Source: Octopus bimaculoides (lineage: Eukaryota). From it: a stretch of DNA of 38,166 nt. The notes under the pieces are model-generated. The model worked only from the letters and a program-made list of their open reading frames with translations, was not told the origin of the DNA and did not search any database. The position numbers and the translations under genes were made by a program. The DNA lies in contig NC_068987.1 in NCBI RefSeq assembly GCF_001194135.2, positions 58,851,605-58,889,770 on the forward strand, in the 5' to 3' direction. Of this stretch, positions 1 through 9,427 are shown piece by piece (within the stretch, counting starts at the first letter, position 1; each line of letters opens with the position of its first letter).

Positions 1-520
1 AAGGGAAATAACCCTGAAATCCGGATACGTTCGTGCTGCTGGTCGTGGTGAGAGGGATAACTCCCTTGGCAAACAGGACACAGTCGTGTGTCGATAAGCC
101 AGCTGGAGGAGATGTCCTCCTGGGGCTAAAAGCAACAGTAACATCCACCCCTAGGGGTCAGCCACACTTAAGTGACAATATACTACACTTTATCGTGCAG
201 TTACTGTTAATACTTCATTTAGAGAATTAACATTGCTTATATATATATATATATATATATATAATTGCTTTAACATCTTTTCTGTAATTGCATGAGTCAG
301 ATCGTTGAGATAGACATTTCCCTGTTGGATGCTCCTTTTGTCACCAACCTTCACCTGATTCCAAATAAGGTAATAGTTCTTCTAATCCTTCCAACATGAA
401 CAGCAAAATGGCCAAACATGTTTGCACAGAGGAATGCAAATGAATAACACCACTTGTATGATGGTGTCATTCATTTACAATTAGCATGCAATGTCAAGAT
501 GAAAGAGATGTAAATATATA

Positions 521-756
521 TCATCATCATCGTTTAACGTCCGTTTTCCATGCTGGTATGGGCTGGACAGTTTGACTGGGGATTGGCGCACCAGGAGGCC
601 TCACCAGGCTCCAATCTGATCTGGCAATGTTTCTACAGTTGGATGCCCTTCCTAATACCAACCACTCTAGTGGGTGCTTTTTACGTGCCACCAGCCCAGG
701 AACCAGTCAGGCGGCACTGGCATCAGCTATGTTTGGATGGTGCATTTTACATGCTA
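521..756 (-). mobile_element. RTE-LINE 3' tail / tail-sharing SINE fragment with (GAT)n end
   Basis: Reverse complement of the tail also at 5459-5640, 12660-12858 and 31562-31672. It ends in ggacgttaaacgatgatgatg. Confidence 0.75.
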
Positions 757-1042
757 NNNNNNNNNNGGGGGGGGGGTCTCTGCTTTAGATCACAATACTG
801 CTCTTAGACCTGTTGAATCTTATCAAACCATCTGAGCCATGCCAGCATGGAAGATTCCCATTAAGACAATGATAATGATACAGGATTATACATACACATG
901 CACCTACTACTTGCGTTACCCACCTTGGGTCACCTACTAACATCCAACATTCACTCTCACCATTTTATTCCCGAAAGCTGAACTTTGACAAAACTTTCTA
1001 GTGCAAAGGAAACCTCAAACAGAAATATATAAATGTACTTAC

Positions 1043-1156
1043 AGATGAAGCAATAATAGTAAGAACATCCTCTGGTATATGTGTGTCTGTATAAACCTTT
1101 TTGTAAAATTTATCTAATGAGGCATCCATTACTTCCATTAATATCCAAACATCACC
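1043..1156 (-). CDS. MAP2K6: MKK3/6 coding exon (114 nt): GDVWILMEVMDASLDKFYKKVYTDTHIPEDVLTIIASS
   Basis: Acceptor ttttttccag| and donor |gtaagt, phase 0/0. It matches MKK3/6 GDVWICMELMDTSLDKFYK...IPED.L..IA.S. The next exon was not found in 1-1042. Confidence 0.95.
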
Positions 1157-1742
1157 CTGGAAAAAAAATATTTGAAACAATTAAAATTGACTGTTTCTAA
1201 TGAGTTTATTATTATAACTGACATACACTGTTTCAATTAACAATATATACAACTGATGTCCCTGAAATAGAAGATATACTAGATACAGGATAAGGACTTC
1301 TCATTTGTAGTTCTTTACAATGTGTTTTGGCTGAAAAATTAACACTAAAATCAAGCATTTTCTAAGGAGGGTCATGAAGCTTAGAACTTTATATGACCTC
1401 TTGAGATGAAATCAGATAAGGTTTGATCCTAGTTTCATATCAAATGTTAATTTCTTTCAACATGGAACAAGACCTTCATTATTTTCTATATTTCAAAATG
1501 TACTCATAAATTTGATAATTGATTGTGTGCTAATTACTGGAGATAAGGTCAAGATAATTGTTGTGGTGATGATTCCTATTGAGACAGAAACATGAGTTCT
1601 TGAGATTTATCTCCCTTATTCATATGACAGTTCTCAATTGCCATTTGGCAATTGTGATACATTTTCCAGAAGCAGAGGTAATTTTAATAAATCAAGTGTT
1701 TATGTTATATGGTATTTGATGTACTACAAATATATATACAAA

Positions 1743-1890
1743 CTTCTTTCAGTTTCTGTCTATGAAATCCATTCACAAGGCTTTGGTCAGCCTGGAGCTA
1801 TAGTAGAAGACACTTGCCCAAGTTGTCATACAATGGGATTGAAACAGAAACCATGTTGTTAGAAAGTGAACTTTTTAACTATATGGTCAT
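1743..1890 (-). mobile_element. tRNA-derived SINE family A, head/core fragment
   Basis: cttctttcagtttctgtc...cacaaggctttgg...tagtagaagacacttgcccaag is shared with many copies in the window. Confidence 0.75.
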
Positions 1891-2043
1891 AGGAAAACAA
1901 GAGTTTGAAGGAAAGCATCCAACTACCTCTAAAACTGAGAGAAAAATGACTAAAGAAAACAGGAAGTGAGAGAAGAAAGAAGTAAGCTGCCCTCTAGGTA
2001 AAAGCAGCAGCAGATAGGAAAGAAGGCCAAGAAAACAGAAAAG

Positions 2044-2055
2044 GAGAGAGAGAGA

Positions 2056-2112
<57 letters not shown>
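2044..2112. repeat. (GA)n microsatellite running into an N gap (2113-2224)
   Basis: Seen directly in the sequence. Confidence 0.95.
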
Positions 2113-2366
2113 NNNNNNNNNNNNNNNNNNNNNNNNNNNNNNNNNNNNNNNNNNNNNNNNNNNNNNNNNNNNNNNNNNNNNNNNNNNNNNNNNNNNNNNN
2201 NNNNNNNNNNNNNNNNNNNNNNNNGGAATGAAATTTTTCCTTACATATCAGAAGAAAAAAGCAAAGTATGTTGTATAGAAATTTGTTATTGTAAATTCAA
2301 TTTATTCTTCAATTGGGATACAATTTATTCTTTAATTGGGAAATCAATTCTGAATTCTTAATACAA

Positions 2367-2367
<1 letters not shown>

Positions 2368-2404
<37 letters not shown>
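2368..2404. repeat. (AAT)n microsatellite
   Basis: Seen directly in the sequence. Confidence 0.95.
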
Positions 2405-2405
<1 letters not shown>

Positions 2406-2469
2406 CGAAAATACAAAATTTACCACTTTAATGAAAGGAGATAAATTCTACCACATATGTTGAAGGAAA

Positions 2470-3770
2470 TTATGTAAGAGCTGGGTAAGCAACATTCTTT
2501 CATTTTCTGGTTTGGAGCATAGACAAATAAGTCATGCAAATTACCTACCCTGGAGCAACCAGTAAAGTTGACCATGAGAAAAACAAGCCAGTGGATTTCA
2601 AAGATTGACCTTGACCTTTATGAATAGACATTGCAAAGTGAAGTCGCACTGGGAATTGTGTTCATTTGAACTGAAAGAGCATATCTGTTGATTTGATTGT
2701 AATTCTTGGAATGAAAACCTCTTCCCCAGAGGCACACCCAGTGGTAATGGTAGCTTCTGTCACATAAGGTGATAATGTCTTCACAATCAACTTTGTCCCA
2801 TCACATAATTTAAGAGGATCTAAATTTCTTAGAAGCATTATTGGGACTCCTACCTTCAGAAAAAGTTTATGTGGTAGAATTCCAGGTGGCTCCAGAGAAT
2901 TAATGAAGTCTGTTGGGTAATGGACAGCTTGATTTTCATCAAGGACTGAATCAACTAATTTGTACTTCTTAATGACTGTTAGAATCTTATTCATTAATTC
3001 ATGTTTAATTCTTGCTACTATGTCATTTTTGGAGTATGAAATGCCCTTTCACACAACCAATTATATGAATTATAATTATTACATAAGTCTGGCAATACCC
3101 TGTACTTCAATTCAGTTGGAGGAATTCACCATGATAGCAATATGAGGCAAATTGATATCACTATTCCCATCAAATGGTACTTTCCCATTTTGTAATTGGA
3201 GGAGCCAGGTTGAAAACTGTTTTGCACATTGGTCCCCATGCAATGAAGCTTGCACATTAGTATTGAAGGAGAATTTCATTACTTTATTCATTAAGTGTGA
3301 AGACTTAATGCATGCTTTTATTTTATCAGATCTTGTTTGTCTCAGAATGACTGGTAATGTCTGTCTGAAGTCTTCTGATAAAAGTAATGTACCTCCTCTC
3401 ATGAATTGATTGTTGCCTCTGATGTCCTGTAAGGTGTTACCAAGAGATTCCATTGCACCTCTATGTGACATGGTGCATTCATCCCAAATGATAAGGTGGT
3501 ACTGGCACAACACTTCTGCTGAACCTGAATCTTTGCTTATGTTACAAATTAGACTGTCACTTGTGACCAGGTTTAGAGGTAATTTAAAAGCAGAATGAGC
3601 TGTTCGTCCTCCTGGGAGAATGGTGGCAGCAAAGGCAGACAATGCTACAGCAACTGCAATTTTTTTTTTTTGCTGCCTTACTTTGGAGTGAAGCAATGTT
3701 ACAACTGTTTTACCAGTGTCACCAGAAGCATCAATAAAGGAAATTGTTCTGCTTTTTTTTTCTGACGATT
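2470..3770 (-). pseudogene. Decayed Helitron PIF1-like (SF1B) helicase, C-terminal part of Rep/Hel
   Basis: The motifs run in order: FIDASGDTGKT (degenerate Walker A), AATILPGGRTAHSAFKLPL, LIIWDECTM, LLLSEDFRQTLPV, YPTDFINSL.PPG...H.L.LKVGVPIMLLRNLDP..LC.GT.L, VFIPRI, QFPVRLHFAMSIHKGQGQSL, SHGQLY, then KNVAYPALT-stop at 2470. Several frameshifts and stops interrupt it. Confidence 0.9.
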
Positions 3771-3864
3771 GTGGAATGCTGCAGGCACACATACACACAC
3801 AGATACATACAGTATCAAACACCAGATGAAATGGACATGTATGTGTGTGAGAGAGAAAAAGAGA

Positions 3865-4088
3865 GTGAGTGAAGGGGTGTGTTGTCATGTATATGTACAT
3901 ACATAAATAGGGATACATCTTTCTTGTATGAATGTGTGTGTGTGTGTGTGAGAGGGAAAGAGAGGGAGATAGAGTGCCACTTAGACATCACTCTCTCTCT
4001 GTCTCACACACATACATACATACAAAAAAGATGTATGCATATGTATTTATGTATGTACAAATACATGACAACACCCCCCTTCACTCAC
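3865..4088. repeat. Imperfect fold-back inverted repeat (~100-nt arms, ~25-nt spacer)
   Basis: 3865-3965 (gtgagtgaaggggtgtgttgtcatgtatatgtacatacataaata...) is the reverse complement of 3990-4088, including non-microsatellite sequence. Confidence 0.85.
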
Positions 4089-4112
4089 ATACACACAGAC
4101 CCACACACCATG

Positions 4113-4443
4113 CAGTGGTTCTCAACTGGGGTCCATATAGCCTCTGAGAATCCATATACAGTTTTTTGGGGGTTCACAATAGTATTTTTAAAGACCCTTG
4201 AAAAAATTTTGCTTTAGATGTATTTTTTGCAAGAAACAGTTCGGTTTCGGTTTCTTTCTCTACCATTTTACTTAGTTCAGCCTATACAAGTTGATGTGTG
4301 AAAAACAAAATAAGCATTTTGAAAGAGATTTTCTATAAAACTAGTTTTTAAACACTGAATTGCTGTGTGTGTGGGCTGGGGGATCACCAGAGTAGAGTAG
4401 TAATCGAAGGGGTCCATAGATAAAAGTTGGTTGAGAACCCTTG
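4113..4443. mobile_element. hAT-type MITE (CAGTGGTTCTCAAC TIR)
   Basis: Left TIR cagtggttctcaac and right TIR gttgagaacccttg. The interior matches the reverse complement of the 29945-30260 copy. No TSD is recognisable. Confidence 0.75.
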
Positions 4444-4749
4444 CGATAGAGTGATTCAGCAGGTAAGTTCATGAGAATGTGAAAGGAGATTGGAAGATGG
4501 AGGGATATGCAGTATGTGGTAACACAGGTGGCAGGAGAGGGTGGCTAGGAAGACATATTGTGGGGAATCAAGGATTGACGACAAAAGAGAAAAAAAAAAT
4601 GACTTTGAAAGAAGAGGAGAAGCTGAATTGAAAAATGCTGCAGCAAGATAAATAGTGATATGTTGTGCTGCTAAATGGAAAAAAACTGACAGCAAAATTA
4701 TTCAGTTTCTCAGCAAAATATATAGAAGACCATTTGAAGGGAGTGACTA

Positions 4750-4977
4750 CTATGTTTAGCATTCAAGCCAGCTAAGTCTGGCCCAAATATTCTATGTGCT
4801 TTATGTTCAAACTGATGAGATCCAGCCTCTCAAACCTACCCTACAATGTCATTCTAAAAATAAAACAATTACACCATCAAAATCTTGAAGCTACAAGATA
4901 ATTCGTGATTAATTCACAACAATATGAATAAATAAATATTATATTTAACATAGTCATCTGAATGCTTAAAGGGTTAA
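4750..4977. mobile_element. TTAA-flanked MITE family E (piggyBac-like ends), decayed left end
   Basis: It ends in aatgcttaaagggttaa and the interior matches the other E copies. Confidence 0.7.
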
Positions 4978-5071
4978 ATATTCTTATCAAAGACTAATAT
5001 GATTTTCTATATAGAATATTCCAGAAATCGTAAAATATCACAGCCAGATGTTAAAATTAAACAGCACTTAC

Positions 5072-5191
5072 CTCTCTAAACAAAGCTCCATAAGATTGCA
5101 CTGTGTAAGTACATAAACCACTTTTCATTGATACGTCAAGATCCATCAGTAATCTTTTTTCTTCCTCTCCATTAATAGTCGCAGTAATTCT
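5072..5191 (-). CDS. MAP2K6: MKK3/6 coding exon (120 nt): RITATINGEEEKRLLMDLDVSMKSGLCTYTVQSYGALFRE
   Basis: Acceptor ttccttttatag| and donor |gtaagt, phase 0/0, 40 codons. It matches MKK3/6 RIRATVNSQEQKRLLMDLD...YGALFRE. Not in the ORF track. Confidence 0.95.
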
Positions 5192-5275
5192 CTATAAAAG
5201 GAAAAAAAAGGAAAGCTTTATAAGTCTTTTAAAAACAACAAAAGTTTTATTGTAAAAACAAAGATTATGAAGATG

Positions 5276-6030
5276 CAGGCATGGCTGTATGATAAGAAGC
5301 TTGCTTCTCAACCTCATGGTTCAGGGTTCAGTCCCACTGTGTGGCACTTTGGGCAAGTGATGAGCCAACCAAAGCCTTATGAATGGATTTGGTAGACAGA
5401 AACTGAAAAGAAGCCCATACTGTATATGTGTGTGCATATATATATATATATATATGTGGGTGACACGTAAAAGCACCCACTACACTCTCTGAGTGGTTGG
5501 CGTTAGGAAGGGCATCCAGCTGTAGAAACTCTGCCAAATCAGATTGGAGCCTGGTGTAACCATCTGGTTTCACCAGTCCTCAGTCAAATCGTCCAACCCA
5601 TGCTAGCATAGAAAGTGGACGTTAAACGACGACGACAATGTATGTATAGGGGGAGAATTCACAAAAAAACAAAAGACGAAGACAGGTGGTGTAGACAAAC
5701 AGATGTATTAGTTTAACGTTCAGGAAGTGAACGTTTCGAGCCTACACTCTTCCACAGAAAAGAACACAGAAAGAAACAGGGAGAAAAAATAAAGCATTCA
5801 GATAATTATATGTATATGTGTGTGTATCTTTGTGTCTGTGTTTGCCCTCCGACTCCACTGCCAGACAACTGACCTTGGTGTGTTTACAACCTTGTAACTT
5901 AGCAGTTTGGCAAAAGTAACCAATAGAATAAGTGCCAGGCTTCAGAAAATTAAGTACTGGGGTTGATGCATTCGACTAAAAATTCAAGACAGTGCTCCAG
6001 CATGGCCACAGTCTAATGACTGAAAGAAGT
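5276..6030 (+). mobile_element. SINE family A split by nested insertions in its central microsatellite
   Basis: Head at 5276-5420 (gcaggcatggctg...ggttcagtcccactg) and 3' half at 5820-6030. An RTE tail (5459-5640) and a ~150-nt element (5647-5800) lie between them. Confidence 0.8.
5711..5761 (-). ncRNA. Type I hammerhead-ribozyme-like motif with variant core, in a Penelope/retrozyme-like remnant
   Basis: The minus strand reads UUUU CUGUGGA A GAGU GUAG GCUC GAA ACGUUCA CUUCC UGAACGU U AAAC. It has a perfect 7-bp stem III, a 4-bp stem II (one U-G pair), a 3-bp stem I and a GUU triplet. The core deviates from CUGANGA at A6 and has an extra A before stem II. Confidence 0.6.
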
Positions 6031-6054
6031 AATAAGAAAAAAAGAAAAAGAAAT

Positions 6055-6500
6055 AGGCACAGGTGTGACTCTGTGGTTCAGAAGCTTACTTCCCAACCAT
6101 GTGACTTTGGGTTCAGTCCCACTGCATGGCACCATGGGCAAGCACCTTCTACTATAACCTCAGACCATCCAAAGCCATGTGGGTGGATTTAGTAGATGAA
6201 AACAGAAAGAAACCCATCATGCATATATGTGTGTGTGTATACATTATATACACACGTACATACTCAAATATATATATACATACACACGTACACATATATG
6301 TATGCATGTGTGTCCTCCACCACCGGTTGACTACCAGTGTTGGTTTGTTTACATCCCCATAACTTAGTGGTTTAGCATTAAGGATGAATAGAATAAGTAT
6401 CAGGTTTTAAAGAAATATAAGTACTGAGGTCAATTCGTTTGACTAAAACCTTTCAAAGTGGTGCCCCACCATAGCAACAGTCCAATAACTGGAACACGTA
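6055..6500 (+). mobile_element. SINE family A, near full length
   Basis: It has the tRNA-like head, core, (TA/CA)n middle and 3' domain, followed by an A-run and a gap. Confidence 0.85.
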
Positions 6501-6849
6501 AAAAAAAAAAANNNNNNNNNNAAAAAAAAAAAAAAAAAAAAAGATAAATGAATAAACAAATTACAGAAATGGTAAAAAAATTAATTTGTTTTATTTTATG
6601 CATGTGTTTCTACTGCTGGCAAGAACACTGGCCTTCCACTCAAATACCATGCACTATATATAGCTGTCTGGTTATGAGGGCTACTTCTCAACCAGATGGT
6701 TGCGACATAGGATGAAGTGATGAGAAAAGATCATTGGATGCTGGTTCTCACTGAGGAAATGACAAGAGACCAGGAGATGAGGCGATTTGCTGTACTTGAT
6801 ATGATGCATCAAGCTAGGTAAAAATCACTGTTTTCCATACATACGGGCT

Positions 6850-7079
6850 TGTCCTCTCAAGTGCCGGTGCCACTTAAAAAGCACCCATCCTGGTGGTACA
6901 TAAAAAACACCCAGCACACACTTAAGTGATTGGTGTTAAGAAAGGCATCCAGCCATATAAACCATGCTTCAACAGACAGCTGGAGTCTGAACAGCTCCCT
7001 GCTAGCCAACTTCATATCAAACCATCCAACCCATGCTAGCATGGAAAGTGAATGTTAAACAATGACGATGATGATGATA
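6850..7079 (+). mobile_element. RTE 3' tail fragment with (GAT)n end
   Basis: gtgccggtgccac..aaaagcaccc...ccatgctagcatggaaagtg...gatgatgat. Confidence 0.7.
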
Positions 7080-7239
7080 ATAATACAAACATTTGAAAGT
7101 GAATAGCTTACAGAGACATGTATATTAACATATACACACATAAATATATATATATATATATATAAGAGCTAGAGATTGGTTGCTTGCAATTGTGTATGGC
7201 TCTGTAACATGTACTATGCTTTTGCTAATTGTTGTATGT

Positions 7240-7485
7240 TCCTGTGTAGTCAAGAGCAGACACCCACACACACATCCTCTCAACTCTCCCCCACCTTTTG
7301 ACCCAACAGCACATTCAGAATGTAACAGCTGAAGAGAGAGAGCGAGAGAGTTGCATCAGCAGTCATTTAATCTGGAGCAATGCGAAATGAAGTGCACTAT
7401 TCAAAAATTCAGGTCACCCGGTCCAGGAATTGAACTTGTGACATGTTCATGGGCCAAATACCCAAATGATTAGGTCACATACCTT
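7240..7485 (-). mobile_element. Probable third tRNA-derived SINE family, decayed
   Basis: ggagcaatgcgaaatgaagtg...ccggtccaggaattgaac: a B-box-like gttcaattcc appears on the minus strand. Confidence 0.45.
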
Positions 7486-7498
7486 CACAATATATATA

Positions 7499-7870
7499 CA
7501 TCATCATCATCATTTTATGTCAACTTTTCCATGCTTGCATGGGCCAGACAAAATTTACCAAGGCAGATTTCACTGCATGCCCTACTTGTGGCCAACCATC
7601 ACCTGTTTCCAAGCAAGGTAATATTTCCCCATAGCCAAGCATGTTTTTCATATACAACTGGAAACAAACAAACATTGCTTGTATAACAGTGATGCTCACT
7701 TACAGCCATAACAATGGACTTCTTTCAGTTTCCATCTAATAATGCTTCTCACAAGGCTTTGATCAGTCCAAAGATATTGTAGAAGACACTCGCCCAAAAA
7801 GCTGCATAGTAGAACTGAACTTGAGACAGTACAGTCGTAAATCAAGCTTCTAAACCTTGTAGTCATGTCT
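7499..7870 (-). mobile_element. SINE with family-A head and alternative RTE-like tail (tail D)
   Basis: A (CAT)n end and the aaggtaatatttccccat segment are joined to the family-A core/head at 7720-7860. Confidence 0.7.
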
Positions 7871-8167
7871 ACACACACACGAGGGGAAAGAGGGGGGCAT
7901 TTTAATTGTATAAAATCAGTGGCATGAGTTTATGTTGTAATTTCTTTAACCCAATAAAAATCTTATCATCTCTAGTTTAGTTCATCTCCCCAAAAAAACC
8001 TCCAAAATAATCAGTCATTCACAACGCAGTTATGACAAGTAGTTTAGTTAAAATGTCAACTATTTATCTTGGCTGATCTAAATTGTCAATTATCACAATC
8101 AAAGATAATAAACAGGTCAATATTCTTTACTTTCATGAACTTATTGAACTATATGTTTTACAGTTAT

Positions 8168-8622
8168 AAGGTAGCAAGCTTGCAGAATCGTTTGCATGCT
8201 GGGTTAAATGCTTAGCGGCATTTCATCTGTCTTTATGTCTTGAGTTCAAATGCAGCCAGGGTCGACTTTGCCTTTCATCCTTTCAACGTCGATAAAATAG
8301 GTATCAGTTGAGCACTGGAGTTGATGTATTCAACTTACCCCATCCCCTGAATTTGCTGGTCTTGTGTCAAAATTTGAAACCAATATTACTCAGCTATAAA
8401 ACAGCATGCTCGCAGAATCATTTGCATGCCAGGCAAAATACTTAGCAACATTTCATCTGTCTTTACGTCTTGAGTTCAAATGCTACTGGGGTCAACTTTG
8501 CCTTTCATCCTTTCCAGGTTGATAAAATAAGTACCAGTTGAGCACTGGGGTTAATGTAATTGATTTCCCCATCCCTGGAATTTGCTGGCCTTGTGTCAAA
8601 ATTTGAAAACTATTACTCAGCT
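8168..8622 (+). mobile_element. Two head-to-tail copies of SINE family B (tRNA head plus Meta/MESC-like core)
   Basis: Units 8168-8397 and 8398-8622 both contain tgagttcaaat...gactttgcctttcatcc...gataaaata and both end in tattactcagct. Confidence 0.85.
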
Positions 8623-8823
8623 TTATTTGCCAATGACGTCATTAATGAGATAAAGTGATAGATTAGAGTAGCATATTTGAAATCAAATTTGGTTCAGTTT
8701 TAATTTCAGTTGCATACAAAAATGCTAATTATGAGAAGCTGAAGTAAATACAAATTTAGCAAATGCAGAAACCCTTCTGGCCTGCAGTAAAAGTAGTAGG
8801 GATTGTGACTTTGATCATAAGTT

Positions 8824-9210
8824 TTAATCCTTTTGATACTGATTGAGACCACCCCTGGTTCTATGATATAAACTTCCTGTGTAACCCTTTACCATTTAAA
8901 TCAACCATATCCAGCTCAAATATTCTACCTGTTTTATGTTCACATTGGCCATATCTCACCTCCAACAACTACCCTACTAAGTCATTCTAAAAATAAACAA
9001 TTTCATCAATGAAATCTCGAAGCTATGAGACAATGCATGGCTAATTCAAATAATGTGAATTAATAAGCATTATATTTTTCAGAGTAATCTGAATGCTAAC
9101 AGTTAACTTAAAACCTTCCATTAAAATTTCATGTTGATTTATGTTTGAAACATCAATTTAATAATGACAAAGTTATTTTACTAAATTCTTCATAATTTCA
9201 ATGTTAATTG
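8824..9210. mobile_element. TTAA MITE family F interrupted by a family E copy (8883-9106)
   Basis: F segments (gagaccacccctgg...cttcc; aaaccttccattaaaatttcatgtt...ctaaattcttcat) match 30263-30811 and 36929-37369. Confidence 0.7.
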
Positions 9211-9212
9211 AC

Positions 9213-9427
9213 TTAACCCTTCAACATTTAGATTCGTTTGTCAAACGTGATGCTTAATAATTCACATTGTTTTGAATTAATCATACATTATCTGGTAACT
9301 TTGAGATTTTGATTATAAGATTGTTTACTTTTTAGTATGACAATGTAGCGTAAGAGCAAGAAACTGTATTTGACCAGTTTGAACATAAAATAGAATATTA
9401 TGGCTGGTTTAAATGCTAAAGGGTTAA
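9213..9427. mobile_element. TTAA MITE family E, inverted relative to the 8883-9106 copy
   Basis: It begins ttaaccctt and ends aatgctaaagggttaa, with TTAA at both ends. Confidence 0.8.

Noticed and set aside
757-776. G-run and A-run next to the 10-N gaps (also 6500-6543)
   Set aside because: Homopolymer lengths beside gaps are unreliable, so I make no G-quadruplex or poly(A) claim.
2225-2469. Helitron 3' terminus (GC hairpin plus CTRR)
   Set aside because: It is not visible between the helicase stop and the gap.
5276-5345. tRNA genes at SINE heads (B-box-like ggttcagtccc / gagttcaaattcc)
   Set aside because: They lack a cloverleaf and continue into SINE cores, so they are tRNA-derived heads, not tRNA genes.
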